From positions 1,279,949 to 1,343,948 of the forward strand of contig BCKQ01000001.1 of NCBI GenBank assembly GCA_001600695.1: a stretch of 64,000 nt of DNA, in the 5' to 3' direction. Positions 12,101 to 22,302 of the stretch are shown one piece after another. The position numbers and the translations under genes were made by a program. The notes below the pieces were generated by a model. The model was not told the DNA's origin, ran no database searches, and was given only the letters and a program-made list of their open reading frames with translations. This stretch comes from Ascoidea asiatica JCM 7603. Taxonomy: Eukaryota > Fungi > Ascomycota. Each line of letters begins with the position of its first letter. The stretch's first letter is position 1.

Positions 12101-12102
12101 AG
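6148..12102 (+). CDS. SEC7: Large Arf guanine-nucleotide exchange factor Sec7 (BIG family)
   Basis: Sec7 domain FRLPGESQKIDRFM with catalytic Glu, LSYSVIMLNTDQHN, HUS box YINYDC, HDS domains and C-terminal LPNLLRQES. First ATG is at 6148 (track start 6133 is TTG). Confidence 0.97.
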   Translation: MEKELSIEVPVSASELKINSIDNSIQLNIKNSSNDEINNIQSESTLPNGSSEASKESKESLDSQDFKDTHEVENSKESKTTNSPDPTDENTNDPKQLEDIKDTKVVNGVKETNDPKEEKDPKDLKDLSELKEVNEVKLNNENKEIIQNNNKINTEIIVNENNHQSNNKQKEDIPNNENQSKEDNQTKDPIDNQSKTQQSNSTSSLNTESLQQHTEKISINETKPLDPIVNDENENNKKIVVEEPKILDSIPSSSTTTMISFLKSVHKQLSTKKFNESQKEFLKQIEISMNLNELPLNAIINLLKSFSKNIELKLLLIDLISKIFTFDALNYSNLNYSLSSDNFISNSIELINDLFTNEEINEKLELSFVQTIMSIILNSKKPIHGSRLLNSIRLIYNIYVVSINPMNQQICDASLNQIIDFIYDKVDKLNDELISNDNSSSNNNSNSNNNLNSNSNSNSNTLTTFKPLKKVTLENLENLSEVDDKKFDSIANSMDENEDDLIIKDAFLIFRTMSKISIKELDPSIFDPRSQPVRAKLLGLRIIHSVLKNHINIFLSDKIFLISRTTHEKVKLIDSIRRHILQTVSRNSLSRVNEIFEITLNTFFILVINLRSEFKLEISLILNEVYLHLVSIASSTKFQRDQFLKFIYRICNDPRCLIELYINYDCDSSLPNIVEKITNYLVKVENIHYKESLTRQRNANSNTEFFKYDTSALNCIVGMLRSLAIWSSKGSNVSKVRNTSVSSGINNSVYLRNRSDTNGSSLSNSMSRTPLTPHDSSNFNFPNNSTLSVVDSREDLTVIDNPNEFEYLKQRKTALYDGIKSFNYKPKRGVAKLIKDGFIESNSPSDVAKFLLTNSNNGIDKAMIGEFLGEGDDYNIEVMHAFVDLMNFKNLRINDAIRFFLQSFRLPGESQKIDRFMLKFAARYHEDNPTIFANADTAYILSYSVIMLNTDQHNNQVKDKDKMTLQDFIKNNSGIDDGKDLPVEFLSNIYSDIGKNEIKLNSEQHEALLKNNTTQAPPTTPFAALFSNRDALESESYNQITKEISSKTEKLFKNLDNQKKGSNLKVNESKDDEAYYSSIVSIGSMNATRNKFYSASHIEHVKSIFETLWMSFLAALTPPFKEYDQTETSEICLEGIKLSIKISCTFDVAYARTSFVNALIQFTNLQNIEEIKDKNIRAIEILLDICITEGNNLKSTWKDLLLCISQLDRLQLIAQGIEPNTVPDVSITRLANRASFESSRSASTAISNGNIFNFLTTKKDPSELAQIHHQNQKLNPEVANSLNSSEITVGIDKIFSNSSNLTNGIFDFVEALVEVVNEETQSSGASGQPRIFAMQKLVDVCYYSMIRIRLEWSKLWVIMAKAFNSMGTCPNNAVLVFALDSLRQLSMRFLDIEELAHFKFQKEFLHSFKVIFSDNDNFNIKQLILDIFENIIDSKAEKMKSGWSSIFEVLELAAGDSKEELVSKSFKVVEKINNGYFVNVYEQNDFKGLVGCFIVYAQNDKFQKIGLHAVGDMKKLVHFVDGLNSEALNTDNAENEKNGTKVNPYKLFQEKLWFPLLEGFHKVIMKAEDLEVRSTALNFMFDSLVVYGSNFDKEFWNDVCKKLLFPIFGVLSDHWEINASNSHDDFSVWLSTTLIQALRNMIALFTHFDDLLFMLEDYLKLLESCILQENDTISRIGRSCLQQLILQNMQKFSREDWNKILYCFQYLFKLSTAIELFKADPLKQSSELDVSNRTFMSGNGNMESQDVIKNDIAEKEDDENALDVSSSKTNQASKSIDDEVRRKTKEKSTIVVKCVLQLLVIETVSELLEDEVFYSLIPIDNLLALSQCLKESYKFSRKFNDDYNLRVRLWNFGVIERLPNLLRQESSSSAVFVNIMFRLVIDKEKASKDQKEQMLKDLIPLCVGITQKYIELDDVSQQRNIGTWRPVVVEILQGYYELDEEDFISNCPVMYELVLNILDKSLPVEMRSVIKSFLTRVGEVYLKI

Positions 12103-12817
12103 TTGATATTCAATAATAAGGATGATAATAATAATTATAATTAAATAATTATAATAGTATTAATAATAATTGATTTCTAATTATCACATTCGTTGTTTTT
12201 TTTGGTTTTGTACTTTTTTGTTTTCTTTTAGGTTCCTATTTTTATTTTTCTGGTTCTCGTTGAAGGCTCTTGATCAATTGTAGTTATTTTCTGTATTATG
12301 AATTTTGATAACTGCTTCTTTTTATAATTAGTAAAACAGATAATTAATAATAATAATTGTGTTTGATATTAATAATATATAGATCTATACGCACATTTTT
12401 TTGTTTAATCACCAAAACTTCATTAAAGTTTAGGAAACGTCCCGACGCCAGCTTCTTGGTTCTTCTATTTCTTTGAACTTGAGACCATAAACTTGGGTTC
12501 CCTCTTTGAACTATCCTCACCGAACCCGAAAACGTATTTATTTCTTCATTGCTTCTCGTTTCTTGTTTATTGTCTTTTGTTTATTTATTGCCCTTGTTAT
12601 TCAATGAAAATATTCAAATTAATCAGATTAAAGTCATTTATTCGAAGTTAATTGTTTTCTTCAATTCATCATTTATATTTAAATAATCATCTGAATCTTC
12701 AATCTTCAATTGTTTTATTTATCCAATGGATTTATTTAAATTTCATTAAAAGTCTTAATATCTCAGACTTCGGTTCTTATTTCCAGGCAAAATTTCATTT
12801 ATTTTAAAAACAAGGAT

Positions 12818-13873
12818 ATGAAGTTATATATTTATTCCTTTTTAATTTCTCTATTTTGTAATTTTTGTTTAATTCAATCCAAGTTTTCTAATTCGACTTA
12901 TAATTCTTTGATTGAATTTTCAAATTGGTGTTCTGTTTCTTATTGTATCGCAACCGCTGGTGATTTAGATTTTTTATTAGATTATGATCTTAAAGAAGGT
13001 AAATTCAATGAATCTTGTCCACATTTAAGATTTTGTAGTTATAAAGCAAATGAATATATTGAAATAGTTAAAATCTTTAAACCTATTACCATTGATAAAT
13101 TATCTGCAACTGGTTTTATTGCCCTTGATAATCATCCTTCAAAAAAAAGAATTTATTTAGTTTTCAGAGGTTCGTTATCTTTAGGTGATTGGATATCAGA
13201 TTTATCAACTCCATTAGTAATTTATACACCAATTTTTTCAAATTATAAAAATTTTAATTGTTTTAATTGTTTAATTCATCAAGGTTTCTATAATTTAGCT
13301 CTGAATTTTAGAAATCAAATCTTTTCAGTAATTTATAAATTAAAACAAACTTATCCTGATTATCAATTAGTTATAACTGGTCATTCATTAGGTGGAGCTT
13401 TAGCAAATTTAATTGGTTTTGAATTTCAATTATTAAATTGGAATCCGTTAGTTATTTCTTTTGCAAATCCAAAAATTGCAAACTATAATTTAAACAATTA
13501 TATTGATAATAAATTTAATAAAAATTTATATTTAAATTTATTGAATTCTAAAAATTATCAAATCAATAATTTATCTAATGCTAATATAAGAATTAATCAT
13601 CAAGGTGATTATGTTCCTCAAGTTCCTATAAATCCATTATATTCTCATAATGGTATAGAATTTAAAATTTTCAAAAAAGATTTGCCTCATTTATATGAAG
13701 ATATTGAAATTATAACTGATGATGAAGATTATTCTAATAATCATTATCAAAAATTTATGGATCCATTAATCCCTTTGAAACCGAGTGATTTACTACATGC
13801 GGATTATCATTCAAATTATTTCATTAAAATTTATGGTTGTAATAGTTCTCAAAGTATCATTGATTATTTTTGA
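12818..13873 (+). CDS. Secreted class-3 (fungal) triacylglycerol lipase, LIH1/YJR107W-like
   Basis: Signal peptide, VFRGS, IHQGF, nucleophile elbow GHSLGG, DYVPQVP and C-terminal His (HSNYF). Confidence 0.92.
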   Translation: MKLYIYSFLISLFCNFCLIQSKFSNSTYNSLIEFSNWCSVSYCIATAGDLDFLLDYDLKEGKFNESCPHLRFCSYKANEYIEIVKIFKPITIDKLSATGFIALDNHPSKKRIYLVFRGSLSLGDWISDLSTPLVIYTPIFSNYKNFNCFNCLIHQGFYNLALNFRNQIFSVIYKLKQTYPDYQLVITGHSLGGALANLIGFEFQLLNWNPLVISFANPKIANYNLNNYIDNKFNKNLYLNLLNSKNYQINNLSNANIRINHQGDYVPQVPINPLYSHNGIEFKIFKKDLPHLYEDIEIITDDEDYSNNHYQKFMDPLIPLKPSDLLHADYHSNYFIKIYGCNSSQSIIDYF

Positions 13874-14207
13874 ATAAAAAATATTATACTAATAGCTTTT
13901 ATATTCACTTATTTTAATATTGTGCCTAGATTAAGTTCTATGATTTCAGTTGATTAATTTCTTAAAAATCGTTAATCTGAACAGAATATACTATTATTAT
14001 ATAAATTTAAATAAACTTAAACTTGAAAGTTCAATTTAAAATTTCAATAAGATTATTTTGAATTGCTAATTATTTAAGAATATTTTCAAAATATTTCAAG
14101 AATATTTCAAGGAATATCCTATTTTAAGCTGAAATAAAAATAGTATTTACAAAATATTCAAGTTGTTTTTCTTTTTATTTTTCATTTCAAAAAATTGTAT
14201 ATTTAAT

Positions 14208-15701
14208 CTATAAAATTCTAACAATATGTTCTTTAGTAGAATTAAACTTAGCTTGGGCTAAAGAAATTTCTCTATTATCAAGATCATGAATAACGTAAGC
14301 ATATTTCATAAAATTATTTCCAAGAAAGTAATCATTATGTTCTCCAGAATTATATATTTTAAGCATACACGTATCATTAGTAGCAACAGAATCAATTACA
14401 AGATTATAAGACACAACAAAGGAAGAAAAAGGAATTCTTATACCAACATTTTGAAAATTAAAGCTTAAATCATACTCTTTAAGAGTCTCTAAAGTATTTT
14501 GACAATCATCAAACCTAAAAAAAGAATTACCTCCCATAAAAGTTGAATTTGTGAACTGAGATTTTAATTCTGTTACCACATTTAATGGTACAGATACCGA
14601 TGTTGTACCAGTATCTAAAATTGCAGACGACCCGGAATTATTAAATGTTTGAACAGTTTCATCCGTAGTTGAATTAACTAAAGTCAAATTATCTAATTGA
14701 ATTGTGAAAAAGTCCAAAGTTGTATTCTCTGTTTTTCTTCCACTGTCAATAATTGGCAAAGTAACAATATTATTACTTGATTTTTCAGTATCAACTGCAC
14801 CAAATAGAATTGTTCCCTGATCTGAATCTGATGAATTTAAATAAATTGAATATAAATTTCTTGAGATGAAACCTTGTTTTTTTAATGCATATCCTAAATT
14901 ATCATATGTACCATTTTCATTAAGTAAATTAAATGTTTCAAGATTTTTTAGACCAATACCAAATACAGTTTGAGATAAATTTGAATAAGTTGCAAGACCA
15001 AATTGAAAATCTGTTAAACTAATATCCGTACCTTTGATACCTAAAGTATCTGTTGACCATGTACCATAATCAACACTATTATCAGCAAATTTTTCAAATG
15101 CAATTATGGATAAATTTTTAAAAGTTGAAGAAGATTCATGATCAAAAAGTCCAGATTTCGAAGTACAATTTAAAGAATTTTTTGGAATATTTCTTTTTTG
15201 TTTTGAATTTGATAATTCATCATCTAAATTTGAATAATATTCGGAAATTGATTCATTTGAACAAAATTTATTGGTTGGAGACATTAAAAATAAATCTGAT
15301 GATCCAGTATCTAGAATTACTTCTATTTCTTGAGGTGGAGTTCCAACAAATATAGTTGAACTATATACGCTAATCAAATTTTCAATTTCTGAATCATAAT
15401 AACCTTCACCAACAAGTGAATCTCTTTTTATTTTATTTGAATTTGAATCTATTATATGACCAGAATTAGGTCATTTCAAAGCTTCTATTAATGGAGTTAA
15501 TGGATCTTTTTTCATAAATTTTTTTTCAAAATCTAATTTGAATAATTTACTTTGATCTTCAATTTCTTCATATTCAAAATTATGAAATTTTTTATTTATT
15601 GGATGCCTTTGTTTTAAGAAAAAATCAGGCAAAAATAATGAATTTGAGGTTAAAAAAATTGAAAAAAAAGCTAGAAAAATATTCACTCTTATTCCTCTCA
15701 T
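14208..15701 (-). CDS. Secreted pepsin-like aspartic protease (SAP/yapsin/Bar1-like) with one in-frame TGA at 15473-15471; 497 aa if read through, otherwise a pseudogene
   Basis: Tracked ORFs 15471-15701 and 14208-15377 share one frame: signal peptide, pro-region (FKLDF), TGA, Kex2-type KR site, GTPPQ, DTGSSD, DTGTT, LGNNF, ISLAQAKF. No GPI tail. Confidence 0.85.
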
Positions 15702-16409
15702 TGTAATATTTATAATTCCGTATTTATCTATTTGATTATATCTTTAGTTAATCTTTATTGGATTAATTGTAAGACTTTGATCTTGGATATAGAATATATT
15801 AGTTATTCTCTTGGCATTTTTCTATACTTTTGGATATTGAATTTCCAAAATAAAAAACAGGAAATAACAGCTTTAAATCCAAAAACTTATGGAATTAGAA
15901 TCATTTTTTTGATAATATTGGTAAAACCTTCAAAATGACTTTCCTCTTGTTCTAGATAATGTATCCTACTGTATTTAATCTGCCTTCTGGATGGTAAATT
16001 GATCAAAAAAGAGAAGTTGAACTGAAAGGATCTGTATTTCAAAAATCAGCATAGCCATTGGTGAAAAATATATAATATAAATGAAGCTAATGGATTATTG
16101 TTAATTGAAAGGTTTCTATTCTTAACATTTTTTTAATAAATACGATTAATTGAGATTGAGATTAAAATAAAAGTGAATTTGTTTTCGTTCATTTTTTTTT
16201 TCAATGCTCCACCGCCTCGACTCAAAATTTTGATATGCGAGACAAGGGAAAATCATTTGAGCTGGGGTTAACAGATATACTTCAGTACTTCCTAGGCAAT
16301 GGCAACTGAGGCCAGATGATGAAAATACAAAAATATAAAGAGTAGTGTTAATATGATATATAATATATAAGTCTAATTAAGTGTGATTTTATTTGAATTG
16401 ACTTGAAAA

Positions 16410-17621
16410 CTACAATTCGTCTAAAATTTGTTGTATAATATCTAAGAAATTTTCAATTCCTTTTAAGATATTGTCATCAGGGCCTTCATTTGGTGTGAGT
16501 CTAGCATGAGCAAAATCAATTAAATGAAGAGAACTTAAAGGTCCATTGTCTGTTTTATTTTCATTTTCATTTTCATTGGAATCTAAATTTGATTCTCCAT
16601 CCGAATCTGAATCACTCATATAATCATCTCTAAATAATTGATCTTCATTATCTAAATATTCCCATCTTTTTGGATCATTTTCATAAATTATCAATAAACT
16701 ACTTGAGAAAAATCTAATTTCTGATTTCAATAAACAATTATAAAGTAATTGTAATCTATGTAAAGTATTTTCAATAACTATTTTTTTTTGAAAATTTGAT
16801 AAATTTTCATTATTCAAAAAAAAAAATTTAAGTAAATTTTTAATTTTATTATCTCTAATTTTTTTACCAAGAACTTTAGTAATTGTTAAATAATCATTTT
16901 TTTTAATTTTATCTAAATTTATTAGTTCTTTAGTTAAATCAATATCAAATCTTTCATTAGAATTTGATACAATTTTTTCCTTATATTTGTTATCATCATC
17001 ATTATCATTATCATTTTTCAAAAGTGATAACGATAGTTTCATACCACAAATTCTAAAGGATAATGAGCCACTGGTTGTATTTTTGGAAACATTTCCTAAT
17101 CTTTCGTGTTTCTCTTGGGAAATTGACAAATCTTTTGGATCAGTTAATCTTGAACCAAGTTTTATATCAATTATTGAGGGTAATTTATATCCATTTAATA
17201 AGTTTTCTAAAATCATATAATTTTGATCATTATCATTCCCCCTTATTGAAAGATTATTTAAATCTTCATTTAAATCATTTATTATCATAGTTCCATCATT
17301 TAAGAATTTAGATTCTTTAACTTCTTTTGAAATACCCGGAGTTAAAATACCCATATATTTTGGCATAAAATCATACAAGTGATTTCCCTCAACAAACTCT
17401 TCGTTTTCATTTTCAGTTTCTATTTTATTGTTATGATTATTAGTATCATTATCATCATTTTGACTTTCTAGATTATTTGAAATCAAATAATCATATTGAA
17501 CAGTTGAATAAAATTTAACTTCTTTTTCATTTGCCGGTTTAGCAAACATTAAGCCTGAAAAATCAACCAAAGTTCCTTCATGACCTGCAACTTGTAATTC
17601 AAATTTTGAAAACCCATCCAT
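16410..17621 (-). CDS. ARG82: Inositol polyphosphate multikinase Arg82/Ipk2
   Basis: QVAGH, PSIIDIKLG, SLSFRICGM, SSLLIIYE and IDFAH motifs; first ATG at 17621. Confidence 0.93.
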   Translation of the reverse strand: MDGFSKFELQVAGHEGTLVDFSGLMFAKPANEKEVKFYSTVQYDYLISNNLESQNDDNDTNNHNNKIETENENEEFVEGNHLYDFMPKYMGILTPGISKEVKESKFLNDGTMIINDLNEDLNNLSIRGNDNDQNYMILENLLNGYKLPSIIDIKLGSRLTDPKDLSISQEKHERLGNVSKNTTSGSLSFRICGMKLSLSLLKNDNDNDDDNKYKEKIVSNSNERFDIDLTKELINLDKIKKNDYLTITKVLGKKIRDNKIKNLLKFFFLNNENLSNFQKKIVIENTLHRLQLLYNCLLKSEIRFFSSSLLIIYENDPKRWEYLDNEDQLFRDDYMSDSDSDGESNLDSNENENENKTDNGPLSSLHLIDFAHARLTPNEGPDDNILKGIENFLDIIQQILDEL

Positions 17622-18347
17622 TGAAATCAATCACTTGAAGAACATTTATTCCATTTCTTTTCAAAAAAAAAAAAAAAATAAAATAAAATAACTTTTTTTT
17701 AAATCAAACTGAATTTTAGAAACAAATTTGTCAATACAATTGCAGTCTGAGATTTACACGGGATCCGTTTGGGGTGTGTAAGCCTAGTCCTCCAATGGTG
17801 TAAATTGAGTAATTTGAGTTTCTTAAAAAATAAATAAGTGTGTGAGATTCATTCCAATTGATTTTACTTTAGGCATCTCTCTCACTGTCAAAACCTTTAT
17901 GATATATTCTTTGTTTCCCTTTTCAATTCACTATTTCACTTCTCTTGTTTATTTGCTTTTTCTGTTATCTTTTTGCCATTGTTTTGTTTAGGCCTTCAGC
18001 TGGGCCAAAATGAAGTGACGGTACTGAAACCCTCCAGCCTCCATACAACTTTGAGCAGTGAGTATTGCTGAGGATTAAAAGAATATAAATTAGCTTTTAG
18101 GATATATTTCAGACAGATTAAAACAATTTCAAAAATATAAGCAACCACTCAATAATTACTTCTAGAATAGTTGAAACGAATAATCTGAAAAGTTTAATGT
18201 TTATTATTTTTAACTTCAATAAAATATAATGTTTCAACTGAATAAGAAATCTATGCTAAAAGGACTGAATGAAAACTTTAGAGGAATTATCATTTTACAG
18301 ATATAATAATTACCTATTAACCCAAAAATATATATTGTTGCTAAAGA

Positions 18348-21300
18348 ATGTATAAAGCTAATTGCATAAATCATGATCGAGGGAAAAGTCAGGAAGATGC
18401 ATCATTCAATTCGGCAAAACTTAAGTCATATATGACGCCGATTACAAATCAACAAAAAGATGAAAAAAAAATGAAAGAAGAAGAGGAAAAAAGAAAATCA
18501 AAAAAAGAAGAAGAAAAGGAAAAATCATCAAAATCAAAAGAAAAAGGGAAAAAAAAGTTGAAAGAGAAAGAAAAAAGAAAATCAAGATCAAAATCTCCAA
18601 AATCTCCAAAATCTTTGAATTCAGATTCTGTTAGCTTTTTGAAATATTCATATTTTGTTGCTAGAAATTCAATTGAAAAAAATGATTCTATTTTTGATTT
18701 TGCTGAATCTTTAGGATTATTAAAGATCAATATGAATATTCAAAATATGAATAATATTCCTGATCCTTCTTTAAGTATATTTTCACCTCCAACTATAAAT
18801 TCAGTCACAATGTTAACTAGATTTTTAATTCAAATTTTAGAACCGGATTTAAATTATACAAATATTACTACTATAAACAGTAAAAACAAGAAAAATAGTA
18901 ACTATCAAAATCAGGTTCTAGATTCTGATTATTTACTTTCAAGAAATGAAATTTTTGATATTTTTTTTCATTTATGTGAAATTTTATGTTTAAATATAAA
19001 TATTTCAGAAAATGAGTCTGAAAATTTATTTGAGTTGGATAATAATACTAATATTAAATCAAATAAACGAAAAAATAATTCTAAAAAGAAAAAATTTGAA
19101 ATTACAAAAGATTTTATACAGAAAATAATTTCTGCAATATTTAAATTTATAACATTTAATAAAGATTCTGATGATATAATTTTCAAAGGAATTAGATTAA
19201 AACAAAAATATAGAAAAATATTTGGAAAATATTCAGAATCTTTAATATTTCAGGAAAATTCTCAATTTAATGAAAATAATGAAAAATCTCAAACTCCAGT
19301 TGATTTTAATTCTGATCAACCAAGCATTTTTTACAGTAGTAATAATAGTAGTAATACGTCTAATAATGATTTCAATAATCCTAATAATCATAATAATCAT
19401 AATAATCATAACAATCATAATAATCATAATAATCATAATAATAAACTTGCAAAACTCTTTTACGATCCTCATTTTTTTTTATATTTCATATTTGAAGATC
19501 ATTTTAATCCTTTTGCGAAAAAATTCTCCAAGATAATAAATGGAGAAAAATCAGAAGATTCAAATGATTCTAAACATTTAGATGATTCAGATGATTTTGA
19601 TTCTTTTTTCAATTGTAATAATGATGATTTTTCAAATTTTGATAAAAAAAATAAGTTTACAAAAGTATTAAGAAATAGAATTTTATTATATTTAAACTCA
19701 GATTCAAATTCTAATTCAATCAATGAATATTTAAATGATATTCAAAAGTCTATAAAAAGGGAAACTGTACAAGAAAACAATAAAAATATTATTGAAATTA
19801 TAACTAAAGTTTCATTTGAAGATTCTCCAGTATTATTTATTAATGAAAATTTTTTATCTAATATATTTGAAAAATCTAATAGATTAAATGTTCCTATTCT
19901 AATAATTAAAAATGAAAAAAATAATGAAAATTTTAAAAAGTTTAGTAATTTAGTTAAAGAATGTGAAATTAACTTTGATAATTTAGAGTCTGAAAGTTCA
20001 AAGAATATAAAATTAGATATAAATTTAGATAAAGAATCAGATAAAAAATTGAATAAATTTGAAAAAAAAACCAGAGTTAAATATAATCGTTTTAAAACAA
20101 AAAGGAGAAAAACAAATTCACATAGAAATCTGGAGAAAATTAAAAGACCTATTACCAAAAGTAAAATTTTTAGTAATTCAATTTTTCATAAGGATATAAT
20201 TAAAGGAAAACAAATTTCAGATAATGAATCTAATGAAGAGAATATTCCTTTTAAAGATTCATCATATTCAAATTCGGAAATAAAAGCAAATGAAAATGAA
20301 AATGAAAATGAAAATGCAAATGAAAATGCAAAAGAAAATGAAAAAGAAATTCATAAGTCAAAAACTCCATTTTCTATAAAACATGATTCTGATTCTGATT
20401 CAATTCCATTAAGTCAATATACAAAAAGAAATTCGTTACAACCTAATAAAAAACGAAAATTAATTGAAGAAAATATAATAGAATCAAATAAAGAAGAAAA
20501 AGAAAAAGAAAAAGAAAAAGGAAAGAAAGATGTAAAAGTAAAAGTAAAAGTAAAAAAAGAAAATATTTTCAAGTTTGAAGATGATGATGGATTTAAAATT
20601 GAAAAAACTATTCCAAAAGGTGGATTATATGGTAAAAATAATTGGGATTATGAACCATGGCATGAAGGAAGTATTGAAAATAAATTAGAGATTGATTTAA
20701 ATAATGTTATTTTAGGTAAAAGGGAAAGAAAAAAAGTTAATTATAAAGAAAAAATAGGACCACTGGCAAAAATTAGAAAAAATAGAAGAAAATATAGATA
20801 TAATTATGATTATAAGATTAAAGAGGAAGAAGAAGAAGAAGGAAAAGAAGAATTTGAAGCTAAAGAAGTAAATAATGTTAATAGAGAAGAGAAAAGATTT
20901 GTAATTCTGGATGAAAACTCTAATATTGTTCATACATCTGATATTTATAATAAAAAAAAAGAAGATGAAGAAAAAGAAGAAAAAGAAGAAAAAGAAGAAG
21001 TAGCTTTATCAAATAAATCATTGGAAACGTATTTTGATACGGATGAAAATTATGATTCAATGGGTGATACTGCAAGTCCAAAATTGACAAGTAACACACT
21101 TGAAACTTTGAATAGTAGAAAAACTTTAAATGAACAAATTGATATAGATGAAGAGTATATTGATAACGATGATGGTATTGAAATTAATAATTCTATATAT
21201 AATGAACATCGAGATAATTATTATGAAAATATATTCTTAGATAGTGATTATGAAAAGAATGAATATAAAGATACGTTTTTAGAGAATTATTCAGATGGAT

Positions 21301-21368
21301 ATGATAGTGATATAGTTATTACTGGACATAAAAATATTTCAGAGAATGAAGATATAGATCTGAGCTAA
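18348..21368 (+). CDS. Hypothetical charged, probably nuclear protein, 1006 aa
   Basis: Uninterrupted 3-kb ORF in AT-rich DNA; K/E-rich tracts, NLS-like clusters, (NNH)n repeat and GKRERKKVNY motif; no family recognised. Confidence 0.8.
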   Translation: MYKANCINHDRGKSQEDASFNSAKLKSYMTPITNQQKDEKKMKEEEEKRKSKKEEEKEKSSKSKEKGKKKLKEKEKRKSRSKSPKSPKSLNSDSVSFLKYSYFVARNSIEKNDSIFDFAESLGLLKINMNIQNMNNIPDPSLSIFSPPTINSVTMLTRFLIQILEPDLNYTNITTINSKNKKNSNYQNQVLDSDYLLSRNEIFDIFFHLCEILCLNINISENESENLFELDNNTNIKSNKRKNNSKKKKFEITKDFIQKIISAIFKFITFNKDSDDIIFKGIRLKQKYRKIFGKYSESLIFQENSQFNENNEKSQTPVDFNSDQPSIFYSSNNSSNTSNNDFNNPNNHNNHNNHNNHNNHNNHNNKLAKLFYDPHFFLYFIFEDHFNPFAKKFSKIINGEKSEDSNDSKHLDDSDDFDSFFNCNNDDFSNFDKKNKFTKVLRNRILLYLNSDSNSNSINEYLNDIQKSIKRETVQENNKNIIEIITKVSFEDSPVLFINENFLSNIFEKSNRLNVPILIIKNEKNNENFKKFSNLVKECEINFDNLESESSKNIKLDINLDKESDKKLNKFEKKTRVKYNRFKTKRRKTNSHRNLEKIKRPITKSKIFSNSIFHKDIIKGKQISDNESNEENIPFKDSSYSNSEIKANENENENENANENAKENEKEIHKSKTPFSIKHDSDSDSIPLSQYTKRNSLQPNKKRKLIEENIIESNKEEKEKEKEKGKKDVKVKVKVKKENIFKFEDDDGFKIEKTIPKGGLYGKNNWDYEPWHEGSIENKLEIDLNNVILGKRERKKVNYKEKIGPLAKIRKNRRKYRYNYDYKIKEEEEEEGKEEFEAKEVNNVNREEKRFVILDENSNIVHTSDIYNKKKEDEEKEEKEEKEEVALSNKSLETYFDTDENYDSMGDTASPKLTSNTLETLNSRKTLNEQIDIDEEYIDNDDGIEINNSIYNEHRDNYYENIFLDSDYEKNEYKDTFLENYSDGYDSDIVITGHKNISENEDIDLS

Positions 21369-21450
21369 GAAAGACATTAATTGAATAAATTTCAGGAAAG
21401 AAGAATGAATGAAGTTAATTATTAATTAGTTCATTCATTTTTTTATTTTT

Positions 21451-21481
<31 letters not shown>

Positions 21482-22230
21482 TTATATTGTATATTATGAA
21501 ACGTTTAATGATGAATTTTTGTTTAAATTATTTAACTATTCAATTAAATCTAATTGAATCCAAGAAAGTGGGGTCGTGTAGTATTACGTTTAAATATGTT
21601 GGCTAAGGTACTAGGAAGTACTAGGAAGTACTGAGGGTGGCTAATGAACCTAAAAGTGAACAGAAATTAATTTTATTTTTTCCTTGTTACAAAAAAGGAA
21701 ACTTTAAAATTCTGTGATTTTAAAATTTTTTGAGGTGACTTCTGTGCCGCGGGGCAGGTGAACGCCGCGGGTGTTGAAATCTATTTTTTTTCCTTTTTTT
21801 TTTTATACAAGGATTGTTTGATTTCTTAAGGGAATAATTATTGGAAAAAAAGATACTAATAGATTCAGAGTAAGATTAATTGATTGATAAGGTAGACCAT
21901 ACCATTACAAATATAAATATAAATTGATTTCCTTTTTGAATGAATTCCCTGATTTTTAAATCCTTTAAATATTATTCTTTTTCTTTTCTTTAGTTTTTTT
22001 TTTTTAAAAATGGATAAAAAAAGATTAAGAATTGCCATTAAATGGCTCAATTTTTTATTATAATAAATGAATAAAAAGAATTAATTGTTGGTTTAATAGA
22101 TTAAATTTGATTTATTTGAATTATTTGGTAATTTAATTCTTTCGCCGGTTTTATTTATCAGTAATCAATTAAATTATTTCAAAATATTCCTGATTATTAT
22201 AGATAATTATAGATTAATCCAAATGATTTC

Positions 22231-22302
22231 AGATCTTTTCAGATTCTTTTCAGATTCTTTTAGATTCATTCAGATTCATTCAGATTCATTCAGATTTATT
22301 CA
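22231..22302. repeat. Degenerate 10-11 bp tandem repeat (CAGATTCATT) x about 7
   Basis: Read directly; three perfect units plus variants. Confidence 0.85.

Noticed and set aside
15471-15473. Selenocysteine or Trp reassignment of the protease TGA
   Set aside because: TGA terminates other genes here (SSO, lipase, acetyltransferase), the site is a variable propeptide position, and budding yeasts lack the Sec machinery.
16316-16400. Box C-like ATGATGA (also near 35347) as a C/D snoRNA
   Set aside because: No suitably placed box D (CTGA), terminal stem or recognisable rRNA guide.
22231-22302. Short repeat arrays as CRISPR-like or telomeric seeds (also 37796-37871, 59589-59625)
   Set aside because: No spacers, eukaryotic context, and typical slippage minisatellites.
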